Assembly (NCBI GenBank): GCA_963665295.1 | Contig: OY762209.1 | Location: forward strand, 1,472,001-1,536,000 | Source: Syntrophorhabdaceae bacterium | GTDB taxonomy: Bacteria; Desulfobacterota; Syntrophorhabdia; Syntrophorhabdales; Syntrophorhabdaceae | Direction of reading: 5' to 3' | DNA length: 64,000 bases | Part shown: piece after piece, positions 34,923-44,642 of the stretch | Position numbering within the stretch: the stretch's first letter is position 1 | Layout of the letters: each line of letters starts with the position of its first letter | Made by a program: the position numbers and the translations under genes | The notes under the pieces: model-generated | Databases searched by the model: none | The model's input: the letters and a program-made list of their open reading frames with translations, nothing else | Told to the model about the DNA's origin: nothing

Positions 34923-37160
34923 ATGACCGGAGAGAAGAAGTTAGTTACTTTAAGAGATGTTCTTTACGTCTTCTTCAAGAATAAGACTCTTATTTCTCTC
35001 GTCTTTCTCGTGGCGGTAATCGGCGCCCTCATCTACTGCGTGATTACACCCCCCAAGTACCGCGCCGAGACGAAGATTCTGGTGCGAATGGGGAAAGCCC
35101 AGACCTCCGGCGTTGAAAACTACCCGGAGCGATTCAATATCATGTTCCAGGAGAGGACCCAGAACATCCGTAACGAGATGGAACTTCTCAGGGGAGAGTA
35201 CCTGACCGAAAAGGTCGTTGAGAGACTCAAAGACAAGATCGCCCCGGAAAGCGCCCGGAAGTCTCTGTTAAGAAGGGCAAAGGACGAGATCAAGATGGGT
35301 CTTTACCGGCTTGGGTTGGGGAAGAAGCCCGCATACGAGAAGGAGATGGTGGCGGTCTTCATGAATTCTCTGGGCCTCGCCTACCTCGAAGATACCGATA
35401 TGATGCGACTCACCTTTGACTGGACCGATCCCAAGATTGCGGCCCTCGTGGCCAATACATACGCCGACGAATATATGGCTCAACATGCGGCGGTCTACGA
35501 TTCGCAGCGGTCTTACCGTTTCTACGTCGATCAGATCGAACAATCCGAGAAGAAACTGAAAGATGCGGAAAACGAGCTCCAGGAGTACATCTCCAAAGGG
35601 AGCATCGCCAATATAGAACTGCAGAAAGACCTTCTTCTCAGGAATATCGGAGATCTGACCACCAGGTATAACATGGTTTCCGTGGACTATGCCCAGGCCC
35701 TTACGAAGATGAAGCAAATCAGGGACATGATCGCAAGGCCCGGCGCATGGGTTGAAACACCCGAGAACACGGGAACGGCGGGGGCTATGCAGCTCGACAA
35801 GCAGGGCTACTTAAGGACCCTGGACGACGCTTATTTCAAGCTTAAAGTGGAGCGGGAGAGGATGCTCAAGAATTACACGCCCCTCTCAAACGAGATCAAG
35901 ACCCTCGACGTGCAGCTCGCCAACCTGAAAAAACAGAAAGGCGACAGCCTGCTTAATATTGTGGGTATGGAACTCGCCCTGGCGGAGAACAAAAGGAGCA
36001 GTCTTCAGAAAGAGATAAACGGTGAAAACGCAAAACTTGAAAGCATCAATTCCAAGACTATCACCCTGAAGCAACTGCAACGGCAAAAGGATATAGTCGA
36101 AGCAAATTACCAGCTGTATAAGAAGAAAGCAGAGGACTTCAGGATATCGGATGATCTCGACACCAAGAAGATTTCGGCGGTGAAGGTGGTCACACCGGCT
36201 ACTCCTCCTCTGGGGGCCGCCTATCCAAAGAAAGGTCTGACCATAGTTATGGCGGCTTTTCTCGGGCTCTTCTTCGGGTTCGGTTTTTCCGCCGTCCGGG
36301 AATTCTTCAACCATACCTTCAAAGATGAAAACAACGTGCAGGACTACCTGGGCGTTCCCCTCCTCATGACCGTTTCCCTCCGCGGAGAAAGACAGAGACG
36401 TGGATTTTTCACGAACCTCGCCCGTAGCGTCCAGGAGACGTTTACTCCAAATCGTCGCAGGCCGACAGGCGTGCCGGGCCATTTCTCGCCCCAGAGGACC
36501 AACGGTTTTGCGCTGCTTCTCGTATCGGGCACCACCATCCTCCTGTCCGGTTATTTTTACTGCAATTCCCACTATAACGCAGCGGACGAGAGGCTGGCGG
36601 CGGCAGACAGCAAGGTAGAGCAGTATCTGTCGAAGGGGGCCATAACCCCCGCCACAGCCGGAGAGGGCGTTGCCCCAGTGCCGGGGTTCCTCGTATCGGG
36701 AGAAGCAAGTAAGGCCCTGGAGAAAGTATCCCTGGAGCAGACGGAAAACGTGGTAAAAACGGCGGAAGAGCCTGCCAAAGCCAAGCCGGTGGCCGAGAAC
36801 GTACAGGCCCCGAGCCTTCCTTCCAAGGGCGATGCGCCGGATAAGGCAAAAGTTGCCGCTCCTGCAGCGGACACCGGCCGGACGGCCCCTGCCCCGGCCC
36901 TTTCCCAAATGAACACAGCCGACAAGGAACACGTCGTGGCGAAAGGGGAGAGTCTGGTGGGAATACTCCGCAATGTCTACCGCGTACCGAGCGATTTCAT
37001 TTACAATGAATCCCTCGATCTCGTGGCTGCGGCGAACCCGAAAGTGAGAAACCTGAAAAGCCTGAATGAAGGGCAGAGGATCATTATCCCGAAGGAAGTC
37101 ATCGAAAAAGGCGCGGGCCAGGGCAAAAAGACGCAATCCGATCAGGGCAAAGGGGCATGA
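34923..37160 (+). CDS. Polysaccharide co-polymerase (GumC/Wzc N-terminal type) with an extra TM segment and C-terminal LysM-like domain
   Basis: TPPKYRAETKILV, coiled coil, PATPP..YPKK, TM2, then HVVAKGESLVGI...ANP...LNEGQRIIIP; start ATG 34923 after GAGG. Confidence 0.85.
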   Translation: MTGEKKLVTLRDVLYVFFKNKTLISLVFLVAVIGALIYCVITPPKYRAETKILVRMGKAQTSGVENYPERFNIMFQERTQNIRNEMELLRGEYLTEKVVERLKDKIAPESARKSLLRRAKDEIKMGLYRLGLGKKPAYEKEMVAVFMNSLGLAYLEDTDMMRLTFDWTDPKIAALVANTYADEYMAQHAAVYDSQRSYRFYVDQIEQSEKKLKDAENELQEYISKGSIANIELQKDLLLRNIGDLTTRYNMVSVDYAQALTKMKQIRDMIARPGAWVETPENTGTAGAMQLDKQGYLRTLDDAYFKLKVERERMLKNYTPLSNEIKTLDVQLANLKKQKGDSLLNIVGMELALAENKRSSLQKEINGENAKLESINSKTITLKQLQRQKDIVEANYQLYKKKAEDFRISDDLDTKKISAVKVVTPATPPLGAAYPKKGLTIVMAAFLGLFFGFGFSAVREFFNHTFKDENNVQDYLGVPLLMTVSLRGERQRRGFFTNLARSVQETFTPNRRRPTGVPGHFSPQRTNGFALLLVSGTTILLSGYFYCNSHYNAADERLAAADSKVEQYLSKGAITPATAGEGVAPVPGFLVSGEASKALEKVSLEQTENVVKTAEEPAKAKPVAENVQAPSLPSKGDAPDKAKVAAPAADTGRTAPAPALSQMNTADKEHVVAKGESLVGILRNVYRVPSDFIYNESLDLVAAANPKVRNLKSLNEGQRIIIPKEVIEKGAGQGKKTQSDQGKGA

Positions 37161-37187
37161 GCCCCGTTTCGGTGGAGGAGCGACTAC

Positions 37188-37910
37188 ATGGATGAGCAGC
37201 GGATATTGGGGGAAGAGTATATGGGGTCGACGGGAGCCTTGTCGGGCATGTCCTTGCCGCTCATGATGGAGCACCTTTCGGACTACTATTACCGGGTCAT
37301 ATGGGATATTCTGGCGGCCCCCCGAAAGGTGAAGAAAGGGAGGAAAGGGAACTGCGCGCTGGCCATCGCCGCGTGTAACGATGGCGAAGGGGCATCCACC
37401 ATCGCTTTGAATATTGCCTCGGCCTTTTCCATAAACTCCATGAAAAGGGTCGTACTGGTAGACGGCAACCTCAGGACTCCGGTACTCCACAGCTTCTTCG
37501 GTGTGACGAGGGAGCCGGGGTTGACGGACCTCGTAAATGGGGACACGGGGATAGAAGAGACGGTCATCGAGATTACGGAACAAAGGTTTCATTTCATCTC
37601 GGCGGGACGTCAGGTCCAAAACCCCGCCCTTATTTTTGAGGGACCTAATTTTGTGGACACCGTGGACAATCTGAGAAGTTCTTATGATCTCATCATATTC
37701 GACACATCATCGCTGATTCCCTATCCCGAGACGCCTATCCTGGGGAGCGCCATGGATGGGCTTATCCTGGTGCTGGAAGCGGAAAACACCCGGTGGGAGG
37801 TAGGCCAGGCGGCAAAGACCAACCTCGAGACAGCGGGAGTCACCCTTTTCGGGGCCATCCTCAATAAGAGGGAATACTACATACCCCGCTCGATTTACAA
37901 GCTTCTCTAA
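37188..37910 (+). CDS. CpsD/CapB family BY-kinase-like protein with degenerate motifs
   Basis: GEGASTIA, VLVDGNLRTP, PGLTD, IIFDTSS, GAILNKR. Confidence 0.85.
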   Translation: MDEQRILGEEYMGSTGALSGMSLPLMMEHLSDYYYRVIWDILAAPRKVKKGRKGNCALAIAACNDGEGASTIALNIASAFSINSMKRVVLVDGNLRTPVLHSFFGVTREPGLTDLVNGDTGIEETVIEITEQRFHFISAGRQVQNPALIFEGPNFVDTVDNLRSSYDLIIFDTSSLIPYPETPILGSAMDGLILVLEAENTRWEVGQAAKTNLETAGVTLFGAILNKREYYIPRSIYKLL

Positions 37911-37934
37911 AAGGTTTACACTTTAACCGGTGAC

Positions 37935-39416
37935 ATGAATCATACCCAGTCCCACGGCGCAAATTCTCAGATATTTCTCGGCTTGTTCCTGGGGCTGGGG
38001 GCGTGTATTACCGCCGTTCTGGCGGCGGGGTTTGAGATCAAGCTCGCCATAGCGGTCATTCTGGGACTGGCCTTCCTCGTGGTGGTGCTCCATTTCTCCA
38101 CGTACCGGCACCTTGTAAACCTCGCCATCATTTTCCTTGCCCTGGGGATCCCCTTCAACCTCGATTACAACCTTTTGTACCGGGAGTACATCGGTGTGAC
38201 GAGTGTCGATATAGGGGTGAGCTTCCTTTGCGCCCTGGCCCTCTACGTGCTTTTCTTCTATCACCACGCGACGCTGCCGGGGAGGAGAGAGCCTCTTTTT
38301 CATTCCAGCAGGGCGATTTTGTGGGCCCCCTTGTTCTACATGGTCGCGGGGGTGCTGAGCATATACAACGCAGTTTCCCGTGAACTGGTCATTCTGGAAC
38401 TCGTGAGGCTGGTCACGCTGTTTCTCATACTCTTCATCGTCATGAATCTGCAAAACAGGCAGCAGGTGAGCCTCTTTGTCTTCTCCTTGTCCGTCGGCCT
38501 GGTTCTGGAAACCCTTATCGCCTTGTACCAATATTATACGGGGCAGTCCCTGGGACTGGACGTGTTCGGGGAAAAAGCGACGATCTTTCAGAACATAGGG
38601 TCCCGGGTAAGCCGTACCACAGGCACCATCGGGCACTCGAATATCCTTGCCTATTATTTTGAGATGCTCATCCCCCTCATGTTGTCCATGAGCCTTGCCG
38701 AGGAAAAAGGGCGGTTGAAGCTCTGGTATTTCATGGCCTTCGGCCTGGGCCTCGTGGGCATCCTCACCACCCTCTCCCGGGGCGGGTGGATGACCCTCCC
38801 CATTTCGTTGGGTCTGGTGCTGGTTGTCATGCTGCGCCGGAGACTGGCTGAACGGAAAACCCTGGTTACTCTCTTCGTTGCGTCCATGGCCTTTGCCGTC
38901 ACCATTTCCTTTATGTATCCTACCATTGAGAGGAGGCTGATCCATGATGACTATGGTTCCGCCCGATCGAGGATCCCTCTCGACAAGGCCGCTTTTTCAA
39001 TAGTCAAACAGTACCCCGTATTCGGTGTGGGCCTGAACAACTTTGCGAAGATTTTTCAGACCTATGACCAGACAGGGGGGTCAAGCGTGGGACGTACCGC
39101 TAAGATCATCGTGCACAACATGTATCTGGGTGTGTGGGCGGAAGTGGGAACGGTGGGACTCATCGCCTTTCTGGGGATATTCGCGGTAGCCATATTCGCG
39201 CCTTTCGGTTTGCTGTCGAAACTCGAGCGCTGGCAACGGGGGGTGGCGATTGGGGTGAGCGCGGGCCTTGCGGCTCAATTCATTCACGCCATGGGCGATC
39301 CCGGATACAGGCTGCTCATGAACACCTCCATGCTCTTCTACTCCTTGATGGGCCTTACAGGGGCCGTTCTTATCATGTATAAGAGGGGCAACCATATTGC
39401 GAAGGACACCATGTGA
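37935..39416 (+). CDS. O-antigen ligase/Wzy polymerase family membrane protein
   Basis: Many TM segments; TLSRGGW, PVFGVGLNNF, VHNMYL. Confidence 0.88.
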   Translation: MNHTQSHGANSQIFLGLFLGLGACITAVLAAGFEIKLAIAVILGLAFLVVVLHFSTYRHLVNLAIIFLALGIPFNLDYNLLYREYIGVTSVDIGVSFLCALALYVLFFYHHATLPGRREPLFHSSRAILWAPLFYMVAGVLSIYNAVSRELVILELVRLVTLFLILFIVMNLQNRQQVSLFVFSLSVGLVLETLIALYQYYTGQSLGLDVFGEKATIFQNIGSRVSRTTGTIGHSNILAYYFEMLIPLMLSMSLAEEKGRLKLWYFMAFGLGLVGILTTLSRGGWMTLPISLGLVLVVMLRRRLAERKTLVTLFVASMAFAVTISFMYPTIERRLIHDDYGSARSRIPLDKAAFSIVKQYPVFGVGLNNFAKIFQTYDQTGGSSVGRTAKIIVHNMYLGVWAEVGTVGLIAFLGIFAVAIFAPFGLLSKLERWQRGVAIGVSAGLAAQFIHAMGDPGYRLLMNTSMLFYSLMGLTGAVLIMYKRGNHIAKDTM

Positions 39417-39487
39417 TGCCCCGGGGGACGATTTTCGGGTCTCGCGTTTCGGTGTCGGTGCGATCGGCGAAGGGATAGTACGGTTAC

Positions 39488-40477
39488 GTGACGGAAGAGC
39501 CGGTCAAACTGTCGATTATTGTGGTAAACTGGAATTCAACTGAATTCCTGATCGAATGCCTGGACTCCCTTCTCCGGAAACCGATCCCGGTCAGTTCAGA
39601 GATCATCGTGGTAGACAATGCCTCGACAGATGGTAGTGCGTCCAGTCTCGACCAATACCCCGGGATCGAACTGATCCGGAATTCGGTCAATGCAGGGTTT
39701 GCAAAAGCAAATAACCAGGCCATAAAGGGGGCCAGGGGCGAATACATCCTTCTCCTCAACCCGGACACCCTGATAGAGGACAATTGTATTCTGGAAGAAT
39801 GGGTCCGGTACATGGACGAACACCCGGAGACGGGCGTAAGCGGGTGCAGACTCGTCTACCCCGACGGCAGTTATCAGGTGGGCGATGCGGGGTTCAGGCC
39901 CACTTTCATGTCTGTGTTCAATTACGCCTTCTTTCTCTCGAAGATACACCCTTCTCTGTGCAAGGGCCTCTACCTTGCCGAAGGAAAGACAGATGGGGAA
40001 ATGGAGGTAGACTGGGTGTGCGGGGCCGACCTTCTCTTGCGGCGATCGATTCTCCCAGGAACGGGTCTTCTTGATGAGACCGTATTCATGTACGCGGAAG
40101 ACGTGGAGTTCGGCTGCCGGATCAGATCTGCGGGACATAAGGTCTGTTACCTTCCCTCCCTCAGGATCACTCATCTCCAGGGGGCGAGCCTGAAGAAGGC
40201 GAGCGCCCCTGAGACGGTGTCGCTCACGTGGCTCGAGAATACCCGTCGTCTCTACAGGTTGTTCAACAAGGGGCAGCCTGTATTCTTTTACGACCTCCTC
40301 ATGACCTGCGCCTTTCTCCTCAGGACCGTAATTTATTCAATGAAGTATCTCCTTTCCCGGAACAGGGAACAGGGAAAGAAAGCGGCCCGGATGTGGGCTT
40401 ACTGCCGGGGATCGGCGCGGCATCTTGTGAGAAAACCCCCGCGCGCACCGGGGCATCCTCGTTTGGTGGTGATATAA
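39488..40477 (+). CDS. Glycosyltransferase family 2
   Basis: IIVVNWN, VVDNASTDGS, GFAKANN, LLNPD, FMYAEDVE. Confidence 0.93.
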   Translation: MTEEPVKLSIIVVNWNSTEFLIECLDSLLRKPIPVSSEIIVVDNASTDGSASSLDQYPGIELIRNSVNAGFAKANNQAIKGARGEYILLLNPDTLIEDNCILEEWVRYMDEHPETGVSGCRLVYPDGSYQVGDAGFRPTFMSVFNYAFFLSKIHPSLCKGLYLAEGKTDGEMEVDWVCGADLLLRRSILPGTGLLDETVFMYAEDVEFGCRIRSAGHKVCYLPSLRITHLQGASLKKASAPETVSLTWLENTRRLYRLFNKGQPVFFYDLLMTCAFLLRTVIYSMKYLLSRNREQGKKAARMWAYCRGSARHLVRKPPRAPGHPRLVVI

Positions 40478-40478
40478 C

Positions 40479-41597
40479 ATGCGATTGGGAATAGATTTTC
40501 ATCTCGCGGAAAGAGAAGGTACGGGAAACTGCACCTACATGAGAAACCTCGTGGAATCCCTGGTAAAGATGGACACGACACACGAGTACTTTCTCTATGT
40601 GACTGATTCCGGCTACCCGTACTTCAGGGTCTTCGACGGATATAAACGCGTCCATCTCCGCCCCATGGGTGTGAAGTCCCCTCTCCTGAGAATACCGCTC
40701 CTTGGCCTCATGACCTTCAGGGACAGGATCGACATCCTCCACGCCAACTACTACGGCCCGCCCCTTTTCAGAGGCAAGCTGATCCTTACCGTCCACGACC
40801 TGTCGTTTATCTCCATACCCGAGTGCTTCACCACCTTCGAACGCGTGAAGGATGAAGTGCTCATCCCCCGTAACATCAGGAAAGCGAGTAAGGTGTTGAC
40901 TGTATCCGAATACTCGAAGATGGACATTATCAAAAACTATCATATCGATCCCGATCACGTGGAAGTAGGATATAATGGGGCAAACCCCATTTTCGTGCCT
41001 GTGGAGGACCGGGAAGCGGCATTGAGTGTGGTAAGGGGTTACGGGGTCACCGGCGAGTTTATCCTCTATGTGGGGCGCCTCAATAAGAGGAAGAACCTTG
41101 TAAGTCTCGTCAAAGCCTTTACCATGCTCAAGGAGACCCGGAACATACCTCACCAGCTCGTGGTGTGCGGCATCAGGGACTTCCTGCCCCAGGATGAGGT
41201 CGATGCCATCAATTCGTCTCCCTACAAAGGCGACATCATCTTTACCGGTTACCTTCCGGAGGAGCACCTCCCACTCTTTTACGGAATCGCCCACGCCTTT
41301 GTCTATCCCTCCCTTTACGAGGGGTTCGGGCTGCCCTGTCTCGAGGCCATGCGCTGCGGCTGCCCGGTAGTCAGCTCCAACCTGACCTCCCTGCCGGAAG
41401 TGGTGGGCGACTCGGGCATACTGGTTAATCCCCTAGACGTAAATGAACTGGCGGAGGCCGTGTGGAGGGTCATATCGAACCCGGAGCTGCGATCGGAGAT
41501 GGTCAGGAAAGGACTCGAAAGGGCAAAGCTGTTTACCTGGGAGAACACCGCAAAAAAGATGCTTGAAGTCAGTGAAAAGGCTGTGCAAAGATCGTGA
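40479..41597 (+). CDS. Glycosyltransferase family 4
   Basis: TVHDL, RKNL, PSLYEGFGLPCLEAM. Confidence 0.93.
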   Translation: MRLGIDFHLAEREGTGNCTYMRNLVESLVKMDTTHEYFLYVTDSGYPYFRVFDGYKRVHLRPMGVKSPLLRIPLLGLMTFRDRIDILHANYYGPPLFRGKLILTVHDLSFISIPECFTTFERVKDEVLIPRNIRKASKVLTVSEYSKMDIIKNYHIDPDHVEVGYNGANPIFVPVEDREAALSVVRGYGVTGEFILYVGRLNKRKNLVSLVKAFTMLKETRNIPHQLVVCGIRDFLPQDEVDAINSSPYKGDIIFTGYLPEEHLPLFYGIAHAFVYPSLYEGFGLPCLEAMRCGCPVVSSNLTSLPEVVGDSGILVNPLDVNELAEAVWRVISNPELRSEMVRKGLERAKLFTWENTAKKMLEVSEKAVQRS

Positions 41598-41611
41598 AAA
41601 GGGACTGAACA

Positions 41612-42562
41612 ATGGCAGATACCAGAGCAAGCTTGACAGTAATCATACCTACATACAATCGCGCAGAGATCCTGGAAAAATGCCTTGAATCTCTTGCGAA
41701 GCAAACCCTCCCCCTCGATGCGTTCCAGGTCGTTGTCGCGGATGACGGCTCCCGGGATGACACGCGGAAGAGGGCGGAACGTTTTCTCAAAGATGTGTTT
41801 CCCAAAATGCGCTACCTGTGGCAGGAGAACAGCGGGCAAAACGCGGCGAGAAATCGCGCCATTCAGGAATCGGAGGGTGACATTCTCCTCTTCATCAATG
41901 ACGACACCATCGCCACGCCGACCCTGGTCGAACAGCACAAGGCCTTTCACGACCTGAACCCCGCGTCCCACCTCGCCATGTTGGGCAGGATCACTATCTC
42001 CCCGGAGATCCCTCCCACCGTCTTCGCGAAGCTCCACCTCGATGCCGCTTTCGCCCAATGGCACGAAAAAAAGGAACTCGACTGGCACGCTTTCTACACG
42101 TGCAATGTGTCGGTAAAGAAGGCCTTCCTCCTCGAATACGGTCTCTTCGATGAAAGCCTGAGGTACAATGATGACCTCGAGCTTGCCCTCCGTCTCTCGC
42201 GACACGGCTTTAAGATCTTCTACGACCCCGAAGCGCTGGGCTATCACTACCATTATCTTACCGAGAAATCCTACACGGACCTCGCCAAACTGAGCGGGAA
42301 GACGCTGGCCGTCTGGTATAAGAACGCACCTCACCTGGAACAGGAATTAGCCTCCATAGGCTTCTACCTGACGACCCCTTTTCTTGCAAGGGTCAAATAC
42401 TTCCTTGGGGACATGATAGTGAACGAGGCCACCATTCCCCTCATCCTCCGGTGCGCGCGCCGCTTCGCCGACACACATCAGGCGTTGGCTCTTACCCTTT
42501 ACCAGAAGGTTTACAGGGCCCTGGAGAGGAAGAACATAAGGGAAGAGATGAAGAGAACCTGA
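41612..42562 (+). CDS. Glycosyltransferase family 2
   Basis: VIIPTYNR, DDGSRD, ARNRAI, FINDD. Confidence 0.93.
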   Translation: MADTRASLTVIIPTYNRAEILEKCLESLAKQTLPLDAFQVVVADDGSRDDTRKRAERFLKDVFPKMRYLWQENSGQNAARNRAIQESEGDILLFINDDTIATPTLVEQHKAFHDLNPASHLAMLGRITISPEIPPTVFAKLHLDAAFAQWHEKKELDWHAFYTCNVSVKKAFLLEYGLFDESLRYNDDLELALRLSRHGFKIFYDPEALGYHYHYLTEKSYTDLAKLSGKTLAVWYKNAPHLEQELASIGFYLTTPFLARVKYFLGDMIVNEATIPLILRCARRFADTHQALALTLYQKVYRALERKNIREEMKRT

Positions 42563-42645
42563 AAGGTGAAGCGCCCGTGACCTGCGTCGTCGGGTCCGCC
42601 CCAAGACGACAACCAACGGGGTGCCGCTGTCGGAGTCTGTTTCCT

Positions 42646-43809
42646 ATGGAAAAAAAGCCCAGGCTGACCATAATCTCCTCTTCTTCGGGTACCGCCTTCG
42701 GCGGCCTGGAGACCTATGTCATCAACGAGGCGAAGTACCTTTCCGACCGTTTTGCCGTAGCCCTGCTTGTGGGCAAAGGCCCCCTCACGGAAGACTTCAA
42801 GGACATGGTCAACCTGCAGGATTCCGTAACATATCGCACCCTCCCCTTCATCGGGCGGGCTTCTTCCCTGTCTTCGCTGCCGGAGAGGATCGGCATTCAA
42901 GGGAAGATACACTCATTCGACATTGAAGCCCTCAGCATACTGCCCGCTCTTGCCCGTATGAAAAGGGTGATGAACGAGTCGGACATAGTAGAAGTCCATT
43001 ATCCCACGGAGGGCCTGATCCTGCCTTTCATCGCAAAGGGGCCCAGAAAGGTGATGCACTTTCATGGACCGTGGCTGCCGCCCCTCTACAACCGTCTGAA
43101 GAAATGGATCAACAGGCGCGTGGATCTCCTTGTCACCTGTAGTGACTGGAGCAGATCGGAGATGGAGAGACTTTACGGCGTCAAGGGACTTGAAGTGGCG
43201 TACAACGGCGTAGACGAGGAAGTCTTCAAGCCCCGGGAAGTAACCACTTTTCGGACCGACCACCCATACGACAGGGAGTTGCCGAGAATAGGGACCGTGG
43301 GTCGCCTCGGTGAAGCGAAAGGAACGGACCTTCTCTGTGATGTGGCCGGGGAGCTTCAAGGGACCGCCGAATTCTTTGCCGTGGGTCCATGTGATGAGGC
43401 GTTCCTGAAAAAGATGGGCCAGGGCGGACAACCGGGAAATTTCCATTTCCTGGGGCCATATCCCAACAGTCATCTGCCGGGGTTCTACAATTTTATCGAC
43501 TGCTTCGTCCTGCCGTCCCAACTGGAGGCCTTCGGCATAACCGTTCTTGAAGCCATGGCGTCAGGCACGCCGGTCATCGCGTCCCGCACCGGCGGGATTC
43601 CGGAAATCGTTGATGACGGGGTTAACGGAATTCTTGTGCCCCCCGGGGACAAGGGAGCGCTCCGGAACGCGGTCCTGACCGTAGTGAAAGATAAAGCCAT
43701 GAGGGACAGGATGGCGAAAGCGGCGAGAGAAAAGGTGATGTCCCGGTTCACCCATCGAAAAACGTACGACCGCCTTGCCTGTCTCTATGAAGAATTACTC
43801 GGGTCCTGA
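42646..43809 (+). CDS. Glycosyltransferase family 4
   Basis: YNGVD, PSQLEAFGITVLEAMASG, GGIPEIV; start at ATG 42646 inferred. Confidence 0.9.
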   Translation: MEKKPRLTIISSSSGTAFGGLETYVINEAKYLSDRFAVALLVGKGPLTEDFKDMVNLQDSVTYRTLPFIGRASSLSSLPERIGIQGKIHSFDIEALSILPALARMKRVMNESDIVEVHYPTEGLILPFIAKGPRKVMHFHGPWLPPLYNRLKKWINRRVDLLVTCSDWSRSEMERLYGVKGLEVAYNGVDEEVFKPREVTTFRTDHPYDRELPRIGTVGRLGEAKGTDLLCDVAGELQGTAEFFAVGPCDEAFLKKMGQGGQPGNFHFLGPYPNSHLPGFYNFIDCFVLPSQLEAFGITVLEAMASGTPVIASRTGGIPEIVDDGVNGILVPPGDKGALRNAVLTVVKDKAMRDRMAKAAREKVMSRFTHRKTYDRLACLYEELLGS

Positions 43810-43896
43810 GAAGCTCCTCACGGGGGGCTTCGGAAAGAAGACGGGTCCTGATCGGGGAAGATTAACAATTCACGAAAGTTGTGGTATAAGGTCACT

Positions 43897-44493
43897 ATGA
43901 ACCAGAAGAACATGGGGTCCATAAAAAGGGGTTCGCCCCTGCTTGCCCTGTTGAGGGTGATAGGGAAGAGGTGCGCGCCGGCGGTGGTCCTCGTGGCGGT
44001 CCTCGCCACTGCATCCTTCGGGGGCGACTGTTTTGTCGCGAAACCGAGCTTCGCGGTCCGGGAGCCCTATCTCATAGAGAAAGTCTGTTATCTTTACGCC
44101 CATGAGAAGCGGGCCTATAAACCGGGCGAACCGGAAGAATCGCAGTTCAGCCAGGTGATGGGCACGGTCGACCTTATCGGCGACCCCCTTCACCGTGATT
44201 TCCTCGAGATGTTGAGGGACGGCAAGTATCTCCCCTTAAGCAGGGGCACCCAGCTCTTCAGTTGCCAGTACGACCTCGAAACGATCAAGCGCGACCGCTC
44301 GGAAGCCCAACTGAAAGGTTATGCCATGCCGGAGTTCGCGTGCGGAGGAGTGATATTCGAGATGGTCCCCGTAAGGCTGAACAATATGAGCATCTGTTAT
44401 TGGGTTGCGGAAGCGGCGGTGAGATGTGACGAGCAAATAAAGTACAAGGTAACCCCCTTTGATCTTTTTGAAGATGAACTGAAACCGGAATAG
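43897..44493 (+). CDS. Hypothetical exported protein
   Basis: Hydrophobic signal-like segment, several Cys; own promoter-like TTAACA-17-TATAAG just upstream. Confidence 0.65.
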   Translation: MNQKNMGSIKRGSPLLALLRVIGKRCAPAVVLVAVLATASFGGDCFVAKPSFAVREPYLIEKVCYLYAHEKRAYKPGEPEESQFSQVMGTVDLIGDPLHRDFLEMLRDGKYLPLSRGTQLFSCQYDLETIKRDRSEAQLKGYAMPEFACGGVIFEMVPVRLNNMSICYWVAEAAVRCDEQIKYKVTPFDLFEDELKPE

Positions 44494-44642
44494 TCTCACC
44501 AGGTTCTGCCCGTGCAGGGAGCCGGGGGATGGGAAAAGGTTGCTTCGTCCCGGCTGTTGCGCCCCGGGCAGGAGACCCCCGATTCCGGAAAAAAAAGCGC
44601 CTGTTCCGCCCTGAAGAAGAGACCACCCGCACCGTATCACAC

